DNA of 40,299 nt from the NCBI GenBank assembly GCA_012862495.1, contig BLSG01000410.1, forward strand, positions 49,590 to 89,888, read 5' to 3'. Below the pieces are notes generated by a model. It saw only the letters and a program-made list of their open reading frames with translations, was not told the DNA's origin and searched no databases. Both the position numbers and the translations under genes were made by a program. The stretch comes from Thraustochytrium aureum (lineage: Eukaryota). Positions 1 to 10,015 of the stretch are shown piece after piece (the first letter of the stretch is position 1; each line of letters begins with the position of its first letter).

Positions 1-913
1 GAATGCCAGCGTCAGCAACGACGCGCTGGCCGTGCAAACGGGCTCGCACCAGGCCACAGCGGAGCGTCGTTGTCACGTCGAAACCCCAAACAGACGGCGC
101 CATCCCGACGAGGCACCACCGCAGCGCAGCACGCTCGCCTCGCTAAGGCACGTTCGGCGCGCCAAGCAGCAAACGTCCAAGACGCCGCGTCGAAAACATC
201 GCCCCAGAAGACGCTCGCAGGGCAATCGTCCCGCCGGCGCTCGGTGGCATGCAGCGCCACCGAGCGCGCTTCGCCCCGCAATGCCACGCCCAGCAACGCG
301 CAGCAACCAACGCCCAGCAACGCGCTCAAGACATCGAGCCCTCCATCATCGCCATCCTCATCTTCGACCATGAAAAAGTCTTCCCGAGCGCCTCAATTCG
401 ATCCGTTCGAGCCAGACCGCATCCCCCATAAGCCACCCCGCGCAACCTCCACGCAAACCTCTTCAAACCGCGCCGTGTCTCTTATTACACAGGATCGCCC
501 ACGCGCCAATGATCACATCACAGACCACGCGCGAAACGCTCGAACGTACGTTGAGAATGCGCTGGGTCTGGTGGGGGCAAGGCCGGCGGATAGGGAGCAA
601 GGTGCAGACCGAGCTGGCGCTGAAGCCAGCAGACCCGATCGCGTTCGGACGGCGCCGGGCGCTGCGGGAGAGCGCGGTTTGGACGGGGGCGCGGTGGACC
701 GCTCGCCCCCCTTGGCGGTCGTTCACTCTCGCGTATTTGTGGCCGTTGGGAGCGCGGCTCGCGGCTCGGCGAGATCCTCCCATCGCTGTTCCGTTCCGCC
801 TCGGTCGTCGTCGTCCTCGCCTGCGAGGCGTCTGGCGGCCCTCGCTCGTGGCCGCGCACGGCGCCGCAAGCGAAATGCTGCCGCGAAGGTCGAGGCCAAA
901 GTCTGGCGAGCAC

Positions 914-3900
914 ATGGCGCCCGAGGCGCTTCCGCCCGGCGTGTCCGGCAAGGCTGTGGAGGTGCTCGTGAGGCAAAAGAGCTTCATGGGGCAGGTGAAC
1001 GATAAGCTCAACCTGGACGCGTTTCAGGTCCCAGGACACGAGGGCGTGGGACGGACCACGATGCGGAGCGACGAGTTCAAGATCGACCAGTCCGCGGCGC
1101 ACTCGTGGGCGTCTCCGAAAGGAGCGCCAAACGCGCCGCTTGCGACCGCGCCAACCATCAAATTCCGCGTCGCTGTGCTCCTGATCGTGGTGATTCTTGT
1201 GCTCGGGATCTGCGGGATCATGGCCCTCCCGGCGCTGAGCCGCATGTGGAGGATTATTGCGGAGAGCACGGAGAACAAGGAGAACCTGCTTGGCGACGTC
1301 ACGGGCGCCTGGGCCAAGGACGTGATGCAAGCCGCAATTGATTCAATAGAGCACGCCGTGGAGCTGGTCAATCTCGGGGTGACCGAGCAGGGCACTCTTG
1401 CATCAGTGTCTTCGGTGCTCGCGATCCGGTCGTTTATCGAATTTTCGCGCTTTTCGAGCCCCGGCTTTGACGGACACTTCGACTTTGCGCGCCGCAACCA
1501 GGCTGCGGCCTGGAACAAGAGCATTGGCCCGGGGCTCTCTCCGGCCGGTGCGCAGGCCGGAACTTTTGTTAGCCAGCTTGGCGTGTCCTGGAGCGCAACC
1601 AACCGGGCGCCGGCGCAGTCCATGTCCGCCTCGAGGGCAGGCGACGAGGACGCGCGACTTGATGGCCTTGGCATTTCGCGCCAGGACGACTTTCAAGTGT
1701 TTCGGTTGTGCAACTTTGTGCCCTCGCGCCCGGACTGCGCCCAGTTTCCTGCAAAGCCCGACGTATCGCCACCGTACCCTGACTTTTCAAAGCCGCAAGA
1801 GCTCGGGAACGACACGCTCGTCCACTTCAACAGCCCCTCGGACCTGAGCGGCGTCGAAGACGCTGGCGCCTGGGCTGTCCGCGACCCGCTGCCAGGGTCG
1901 CCATACCTCCAGATCGGGTACGGCAGCATCGTGCTGTGCACCGCGGAAAACTGCACTGGGGACATCGCCAACGCAATAGCCAGCGCCGACCTCTCCCCAG
2001 ACAGGATGAGCGGGTATCTTGCCGAAACCGTCCAAGAGGTTCTGCAAGCCTATTCGGTCACCGCCCCGGACGACGCCAAGGGGTTTGCGTTGTTTGTGGT
2101 GTACAACGGGCTTCTCAAGGCGGCGGGTGGTGGTCTGGCAGCAAACGTGAGTTCCACAGGAGTCGGCAGCCTCTTGAGCGTTTCGGACCCAGGCATGTTT
2201 TTCGCCAACATGACGGCGACCCCAGCGGTTGACTCGCCGAATCGATTGGTGCGACAAGCGAGCATGCTGGTGCGCGAGTGGCTCGGGGGCTGGGGCCAGG
2301 CTAAGCAAATGGGACGCGCCTGGGGCCGCACAGCGCTGGTTCACATGGAGAATCGTAGTGACTGCTCGTTTGAGCGGCACAAGTCCACGTCGACGTCGAG
2401 TCCTCCGGGGGAGGGCTGCTATTTTGTGTCAGCAAGCAAGGTCAACTCGCTGCAGGGCAGCGCCAGGGTGCACGGGGCTGCTGAGGCCGAGATCGGCACG
2501 CCAGGGTCTATGTTTGAAATGGTAACCATCTCTGTGGCGCCGGCTCGCGTCTTGCTCGCGAACCTGACCGCGGGCATCGCCAACATGCAGGCGGTCGTGG
2601 CAAAGGAGTTTGACGACGAGGCGGACAAGTGGTGGAAGGTGACGCGCATGCTTTTGGGCATAACGGTTGCTCTCGTTGTGGTGGTGTGCTGTTTCTCCGT
2701 GTGGTTTTCGTACCGGTTTGGCCGCTCCGTGCTGTCCCTGAGCGAGGCCATGGTTACCCTTCAGGACCTCAAATTTCACATGATCGACCCACGCGTATTC
2801 TCGCACATCGCAGAGATTAACCGCATGCAGCGTGCGTACAACTCGATGTGCGCTACCATCGAAGTCCTTGCCAAGTTTGTCCCGACCGCGGTCGTGCGAG
2901 ACATTGTCAAGAACGAGCACGGAAAGGCGAGGCGGCTGCACGTGATCCGCAAGAACGTCACCATCCTCTTCAGCGACATCCAAGGCTTCACGACGATCTC
3001 GGAGGCGCTCAACCAAAAGGACCTCCTGTTCTTTCTCACAAAGTACCTGAGCGTGATGACCCAAGTCGTGGAATCGTACGGGGGCGTGGTCGCCGAGATC
3101 CTGGGGGACGGCATTCTCGCGTTCTGGAACACGCCAGACACGGTCGCCGACCACCAAGCCAAGGCTTGCGCGAGCGCGCTGGCGCAGCTCCAGTCGATGC
3201 AGGTCCTCAACGACGAGTTTCGCCATATACTCGAGGGCATCGGGCACAAGAGCTTTGACATCCGCATCGGGATCCACACTGGCAAGGTGCTCACGGGCAA
3301 CATCGGGTCGCTCACCAAGATGAAGTTTGGGTGCATCGGCGACGCGGTCAACCTCGCTTCGCGGCTCGAGGGGATTTGCAAACTTTACAGTGCCAACATT
3401 ATCTGCTCGCAAAGCACGCTGTCGGCTCTGCCGCCCAACACGTTTGTGACCCGCGAGCTTGACCTTGTCCAAGTCAAGGGCAAGGTCATGCCGGTGCGCA
3501 TCTACGAGCTCGTCGGGATGAGCAGCAAGCTCGCTGAGGAGCGCCTCCCGTTGCGCCTGCCTGCGAAACCCGCAGCCTTGTTGTCGGGGCAGAGCCGCAT
3601 CAGCGCGCTTCTGTCCTTTCAAGGCTCCCGCCGCTCTGTGGGCCGCGCATCGGTTCGCTCGCCTAGCCGGCGCTTGCCTGGCGACAAGACCCGTTCCAGC
3701 TCTGACGGCTCGGCGGAGGCAGTCGCTCCAATAGCCCCATCTTCGCCTCGCTGGCGGCCCACGTTCTTTGCAAGCGCGCTTAACACTATGTCGCTCGGCC
3801 TCGGGGTCAGTGTGGGGACGACCAGGACAACGACGACGAGGCCGGTCTTGGCGCGGCGGCTGGGCAGTCAAACATTGTGCACTACGGGCCGGTCGAGTCG

Positions 3901-4131
3901 TTCGAGGGCTACCAGCTCACTGATATCGAGCGGTATGAGTTCGCCCTGCACGCCTATCAAGAGGGCGATTTTTCTCAGGCGGAGGAGTACATTGACTCGA
4001 TCATGGCCAAGGACGCCGCTTCGGACTTTCTTCTGGAGCGTGTCGTCGCGGCTCGCGAAGAGTTTGGGGACATGGCGCCGGCTGACAGCGGTTGGAACGG
4101 CACCTTGCGCCTCGATCACAAGGAGTTTTAG
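914..4131 (+). CDS. Receptor-type class III nucleotidyl (adenylate/guanylate) cyclase: TM - extracellular sensor - TM - HAMP-like - cyclase - TPR-like tail; probable intron ~3722-3810
   Basis: Cyclase motifs TILFSDIQGFT, AEILGDGILAFW, IRIGIHTG, GDAVNLASRLEG and VKGK. Two hydrophobic segments (~1168-1237, ~2648-2713). The typical C-terminal tail (FALHAYQEGDFSQA...WNGTLRLDHK) is in another frame from 3811, after a CTTAAC...CAG acceptor; a phase-0 GT lies at 3722. The start could be ATG 875 or 914. Confidence 0.88.
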
Positions 4132-4487
4132 ATTTTGCCGCTCGCCCTGCATGCACACCGCAGGAGCGAACGCAAGCCGAGCTTGCATCTTTCTGAAGAC
4201 GTGGAGAGTACCGGGTAGGCCTACATGTATGTTCATTATAAATGGCTCCATTTTTGATCCCAAAATCCTACCTCACCAGGGCGGGCCAGCTTGGCCTCGC
4301 CGCGGCGATTCGCCTAGAGCGCACACGACCCGTTTGCGCGCAGTGCGACAAATAGCTCCCTTCTTTCACCCGAAGCCGCCATTCCAGCCGCTCGAGCCCG
4401 CAAAATCACAGCGCATCATGCAGGTCAGCTTGTCCACGAGCATCCCTGTGCGCGTGCCAAGCAAACCACGAGAGCACTTGTCGAGAA

Positions 4488-4791
4488 CCGAGCCAGCGCT
4501 TGCAACTCTTGCACTTCATGATGACCGGAAATCAACCCCCAAAACTCTCGAGATGGCGAGGAGCCTGGCGAACGAGCGCCTGCCGATGCGGGCCCGAATC
4601 GTGCGAGGCAAACTCTTCGCCGATCGCCCAGCAACATCCTGTGCCGAGCCAGCGCTTGCAACTCTTGCACTTCATGATGACCGGAAATCAACCCCCAAAA
4701 CTCTCGAGATGGCGAGGAGCCTGGCGAACGAGCGCCTGCCGATGCTGGCACGAATCGTGCGAGGCAAACTCTTCGCCGATCGCCCAGCAAC
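4488..4791. repeat. Near-perfect tandem duplication, period 156 bp (4488-4635 and 4644-4791)
   Basis: CCGAGCCAGCGCTTGCAACTCTTGCAC...GATCGCCCAGCAAC occurs twice with few substitutions. Confidence 0.95.
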
Positions 4792-5120
4792 CGCCTGCGC
4801 CATCAGGCCATCATCACGATGTGCCAGGTCGGTGCGAGGTGTTCTGGTTGGGGCGAGCACGAACGGTTCGTTGGATTCAGCATACCAGCAACTCGAGCAG
4901 GACGCTCGCTATCTTGCCCGCGCAGAAACAGCGCAAGCAGCGGATAGAGCAGGTACTTGCAGCAGGTACGCGTGAGTGCTTTGTGCGCGCGCCGTCGCCT
5001 TGGGGGCCCGTTCTGCTCGGCTCCAGCTTGTCGGTGCCGAAGACTCCCACGAGCCATTGGCGCTGCGGACGGAGCGCTGGCGCGAGGAGGACGCGAGCGC
5101 GCCGAGCGAGGCTGGGCAAG

Positions 5121-6274
5121 ATGAACTTTTTGGGGTTTGGGAACTCGGCCAACTTTGTGTTCAAGTTCACGAGCAGCATCCGAGGAAGGCCGACAAAGAC
5201 GGTCAAGCATGAGGGCGGCAAGGTCGAGGAGCTGGTGATTTTTCAGGGGGACGAGCCGATCCGCGGCGAAGTCACGGTGCTGCCGAAAGGGAAAAAGCTT
5301 GAACACATCGGCATTAAGATCGAGCTGGTTGGGCAGATCGAGTTCATGTACGATCGAGGCAACCCGACGGAGTTTACCTCACTGGTGCGCGAGCTGGACG
5401 CGCCGGGCACGCTGTATAGCGAAAAGGCCTACCCGTTCGACTTTTCCAAGGTGCAAAAGCCGCACGAATCGTACAATGGCCTCAACGTGCAGCTGCGCTA
5501 CTTTCTGCGCGTGACTGTGTCCAAGCCGTACGGCACGAGCACGCGAGNNNNNNNNNNNNNNNNNNNNNNNNNNNNNNNNNNNNNNNNNNNNNNNNNNNNN
5601 NNNNNNNNNNNNNNNNNNNNNNNNNNNNNNNNNNNNNNNNNNNNNNNNNNNNNNNNNNNNNNNNNNNNNNNNNNNNNNNNNNNNNNNNNNNNNNNNNNNN
5701 NNNNNNNNNNNNNNNNNNNNNNNNNNNNNNNNNNNNNNNNNNNNNNNNNNNNNNNNNNNNNNNNNNNNNNNNNNNNNNNNNNNNNNNNNNNNNNNNNNNN
5801 NNNNNNNNNNNNNNNNNNNNNCCTACAACGGCAGTAAGTTTTTGTGGCATTCCACGTGTGGGGCGGCTTTGTGCTGCTGTGCGCGGCCGCTAACACGGGA
5901 CGCGCGCCTTTGGCGTAGGCAAGTACCACCCGAACGAGTCAGTTGTCGGCAAGGTTTACTTTCTCCTTGTTCGGCTCAAGATTGTAAAGATGGAGCTCTG
6001 CCTGCTGCGAAAGGAGACCACCGGAACCGGGGAGAACGCTACGACGGACACGGAGACGCTAACAAAATTCGAAATCATGGACGGGTGCCCTGTGCGCGGC
6101 GAGTCCATCCCGATCCGTTTCTTTCTCCCGAGCCAGAGCCTGACGCCGACCTACGAGAGCGTCAACAACATGTTTAGCGTGCGGTACTATCTCAACATCG
6201 TCCTCATCGACCTTGAGGAGCGCCGGTACTTTAAGCAGCAAGAGATCACGATCTGGCGCAAAGACCTCGGCTGA
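5121..6274 (+). CDS. VPS26: Retromer subunit VPS26 (middle in N-gap; intron 5834-5918)
   Basis: Motifs GKKLEHIGIKIELVGQIE, ESYNGLNVQLRYFLRVT, KFEIMDGCPVRGESIPIR and RRYFKQQEITIWR. The intron GTAAGT...CTAAC...TAG joins YNGS|KYHP. Confidence 0.96.
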
Positions 6275-6518
6275 TCCCCCAAGTGCCCGCGGCGCGGCCA
6301 GCGACTGGGCAGGCGAGTCTCGACTGATGATTGCAAAAACAGGCAGGCGCAATCCTTCCTTCCCTTTCCTCTCCTCTCCTCTCCACTATACTCCTCTCCT
6401 CGCTTTCATCTTTCTATTGACAGGAAGCACTGGCGCAGTGACCTCGGCTGCGCTGGAGCAAAGGAGCTCTTGCTGTTGGCCGAGCTGGCTGCGCATACGT
6501 CGCAGTTTCGTCTCGAGA

Positions 6519-8186
6519 TCACTGAATCAAGCATACCTGGCTTGCCGCTTTGCCGATCTCATCCGTACCCACCCCGACAAGAGTTGGGTCGTCGCACCCG
6601 TCAAAACGAACACAAAAAAAGGCCTGCACTGGCCGGTGGTCCGAGACGCGCAACACCTGAACACTGTCATAGTGCAAAAGCGAAACGGCTCCCGGATGCA
6701 CGGAGCGAAACAGGATCCTGTCCGTCCAGGCCGGTATGCGCTGCTTTTTCGACGTGTCGTACACGTCACTGTCCTTGTCAAACTTGTAGGTTGGACGAAA
6801 GTTGAGGGGGCCCTCTTCGAACCCAACAAAGACCTTGCGCGCTTCGCGCTCGCGGATTAGTTGGTCGGCGCGCAGCATGGACTCGTGGTCGTCTGCCAAG
6901 CTTTGCAGCAGGTGCTGGTCCACCGCGTCTCGCTCGAGATCAACGCGATAATTGAAGTCACCGAGCCAGATGACGCGGTCAAAGCGCGAGGAGACGCGGC
7001 CCCTCGCATCGTCGGGGCCGAGAATCTCGTACCCCGCAGAGCCAGCGCCTTCTGGTTCATTGTTTGATCCTTCGCCGCTGCTGCCGAGGCTCACCGAGCG
7101 CGCGAGCCGTCCCGTTGGCTTCCGGTTCCCGAGGCTGCGTGCGGCGTGCGGGGCTGCAGCGTCCTCGCACCTATTTGCGGCAGCGTTGGGCTGGTCGCAG
7201 CCCTCGTCACCGCTGTCAGCCGCCGGGCGCTGGCCCAACGCCGTGTTGACAGCCATGGCTGCTGACGTGGCGGCAAAGCTGTTGGTTTTTTCGAGGTTGG
7301 CGCGTGCAGGACGCCGCGCGACGCGAAAGCCTGGTGGAAGGGCCATCTGCGTGTCGATTCGATGGAAGTGAGCGTTGCGCTGTACCACATGGTTCTGGTG
7401 CGCTTCGAGGTGCGAGGCAATGAATAGAAAGCTCGTGCGGCCCAAGTTGAAAGAAACCCCGACGCCGCCTTTGTTCCCGAGCGTGTCTTTGAATCCGGTA
7501 GCCACAGCGGCCGAGCCCGGGTTGGAGACAAGTGCAAGGATGGCTTCTCGAACGAAAACGGCGAGGTGGGTTGCCTGGAGCGTGTGGCTGCGCAGCATCT
7601 TGTAGCTGCTGCCCAGGTGCGCGGCAAGGCGGTTTTCCCAAGACCGTTTGGACGTGATTACGGCGGACTGGGCGATGCTGCGCTCGCACTCTTGCGTCCC
7701 AATGGCGTAGATGTGGAACTGCTCCTTCGGAACAGCCAACTGCAGCATCTCTTCAGTGACAGACTTGCCCATCAGGTTCCAAGTGCAGGCAAAAACCATC
7801 GCCTGGTTTGTCTCGAGCATATTGCGCGCGAGGGTCTCGTCGGAGAGAGCCGGCATGGTGTCGCACCGCAGTGGCGCAGGCCAAGGCTCCCCGTGCGGCT
7901 CGCACTGTGGAGATTCGGGAGATGCGGGCGCCTCCGCGAGTCGCTCTTCAATGCTCTCCAGCGTTCTACCCTCAACATCGCGTTTGGCCATCGCTGGGTC
8001 CAGCACTGTATCGTCTTCATTGTGGTCGTCTTCGTTCTCGACCACCATGCCGCCCAAGAGCCGTCGCATGAGTTCGTCCACTTCGGCGCGGCTCTGGTCA
8101 ACAAACCACGTCAGCGGCCGATCATCCTTATTTCCATCGACCAAAGCCATGCTCTCGCGACTGCTCTGCACCGAGACGGGCCCCAT
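6519..8186 (-). CDS. Inositol polyphosphate 5-phosphatase (INPP5E-like) with C-terminal CAAX box; 5' end uncertain (gap upstream)
   Basis: Motifs TWN, IGTQEC, NKGGVG, SHLEAH, WLGDFNYR, PTYKFD, PAWTDRIL and SDHRPV; the protein ends in CLIQ. Confidence 0.93.
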   Translation of the reverse strand: MGPVSVQSSRESMALVDGNKDDRPLTWFVDQSRAEVDELMRRLLGGMVVENEDDHNEDDTVLDPAMAKRDVEGRTLESIEERLAEAPASPESPQCEPHGEPWPAPLRCDTMPALSDETLARNMLETNQAMVFACTWNLMGKSVTEEMLQLAVPKEQFHIYAIGTQECERSIAQSAVITSKRSWENRLAAHLGSSYKMLRSHTLQATHLAVFVREAILALVSNPGSAAVATGFKDTLGNKGGVGVSFNLGRTSFLFIASHLEAHQNHVVQRNAHFHRIDTQMALPPGFRVARRPARANLEKTNSFAATSAAMAVNTALGQRPAADSGDEGCDQPNAAANRCEDAAAPHAARSLGNRKPTGRLARSVSLGSSGEGSNNEPEGAGSAGYEILGPDDARGRVSSRFDRVIWLGDFNYRVDLERDAVDQHLLQSLADDHESMLRADQLIREREARKVFVGFEEGPLNFRPTYKFDKDSDVYDTSKKQRIPAWTDRILFRSVHPGAVSLLHYDSVQVLRVSDHRPVQAFFCVRFDGCDDPTLVGVGTDEIGKAASQVCLIQ

Positions 8187-8574
8187 CTCGTCGCTCACTC
8201 GGCCGGCTCGCGAGCCACAACCATAACCCGCCAAGCGACCTCGAACCCGGCAACAATAACGGCAGGACGGGCCTGAAGCAGTCGAGATGGGCTCCGGCTC
8301 GTTGACNNNNNNNNNNNNNNNNNNNNNNNNNNNNNNNNNNNNNNNNNNNNNNNNNNNNNNNNNNNNNNNNNNNNNNNNNNNNNNNNNNNNNNNNNNNNNN
8401 NNNNNNNNNNNNNNNNNNNNNNNATCTGGCGAAAACCAACTCGTCACGGTCCGCAAGGCCCGTTTCGACCTGGTCCTGCCCTCGCTCTGCTGTCGTTGAT
8501 GCGCTCGAAGATGGCCTGCGCATCGCAAGTGTCCACAATCGCCGAAAGCAAAACCAAAAACGGGCATGGCCGTT

Positions 8575-8649
8575 ACAGAGATCACTTCCCTTATTCTTCA
8601 CAGAGATCACTTCGCTTATTCTTCACAGAGATCACTTCGCTTATTCTTC
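8575..8649. repeat. Minisatellite, 25 bp x3 (ACAGAGATCACTTCGCTTATTCTTC)
   Basis: Three head-to-tail near-identical copies read directly. Confidence 0.9.
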
Positions 8650-10015
8650 GCGGCGACCTAACCTAAAGCGAGCCTTCCGTTTTCTTGAAAAAGAACCTAA
8701 CCTACAATTGAACTTCAGTACCCAGTTCTGCGGAATGTTCCGCGAACACCGAAGAGCCCTTCCTTGATCGGCGCCCGCCTTGCGCGAGGAAGCCGGGCCA
8801 ATTCCCTTGTTTCTCCCAGTTCGTGAGGGGGCTGGTTCCCCTTTGCTTTGGGAACGTTCCCTGTTCCAAGCTGAACAAATGGTCGCTGGTGGGCGTACGC
8901 TTCCATACAAGACCTCGCGACACCCTGTGAAAAATCAACGTGGTTTTCAAACGAGTTCTTGTATGAGAGAGCCCCGGTACCACAAATGGTCCTCTCACCG
9001 CACTTGTACTGAGGGCACAGAGGGGCACGTTGTTTAAAGTGTTCGGGTAAACAATTAGGGTAATAAGGTGCGGGCCAGGTCCGAGGCGAGACCGAGGAAA
9101 GGTGGCGCTTGGCCTCCGAAGATTAGAGTGGACTTACGAGGGAGTGCGGGGCCGCGATCTGACCAGACACGCGGACTCGCCACGCCCGATTCGAGTAACT
9201 GGAGAGTGCGAGTAGCATTGATCGTGCCATTGATTGTCCTTGTCGTCGGGAAGACTGCGCTGGTTGATGAAGAATCGGCGGCAGTCTTGTCGGCATTCTT
9301 GGACTCGGAAGCAAGGAAGGCCGGCGTCGGCGGGCGAAGGAGTTGGTCCTGAACGAATCAACGCCTCGGACTCGGGGGTCGCCCATCACCGCGACCCTTT
9401 GCCCCGTGCATGGTGTTCATCACTTGAAGAAGTCTTGGTCTTGCTTTTATCTACTCACCACTCCCCTGTTGACGCGATGGTTGTTCGCTGAAGCGGCAAA
9501 CAGCGCGCGGTCGGTCGGCTGTTCCAAGTCGCCTCGTAGTGACAGGCGGGTTGTGCGCGCGGTTCTCGTGAAGGAACGAGCGAGGCGGTATTCAACTGCA
9601 TTACTACTAGTTTTGGTAGCCATTTGCCTAACTCGTAGGCCATACTCTGGCGACACTCGCAGCCGCTCTGCTCGGTGGGCTCGTGAAAGGGACACACTGC
9701 CGGACAGGAACCCTGGCAGTACCACATCGAACGGCATTGACCTTGCTGGTGGATTGCAAGACCTGTGAAGTAGAGTACTGGTACTTTAGGCGAACAACAA
9801 AAGTGCGGTTTGGTGCCGCCGCCAGCTGCCCAAACACAAAACGCACTCGGGGCAAGTGAAACATCCAACGCAACTCGATCGCATTGCGGCTCTGTAGACA
9901 GCGAGGCCGCACTTACTCATTACGGCCCGGGGCGAAACTGGTCCGCCGATCTTCTGCTACGAAGCACGGCGCGCGATCCGCGGGGCCAAGCCCCGGTTTG
10001 GCTCACTAGGGCCCA

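Noticed and set aside
1..870. Several overlapping Arg/Ala/Ser-rich ORFs
   Set aside because: Typical shadow ORFs of GC-rich DNA with no domain signal.
509..4975. 1488-aa cyclase as given by the ORF track
   Set aside because: It starts at a non-ATG codon and reads through a probable intron. The true C-terminus is in the frame ending at 4131; the extension is low-complexity read-through.
8575..8649. 25-bp repeats as a CRISPR array
   Set aside because: Head-to-tail copies with no unique spacers; this is a minisatellite.
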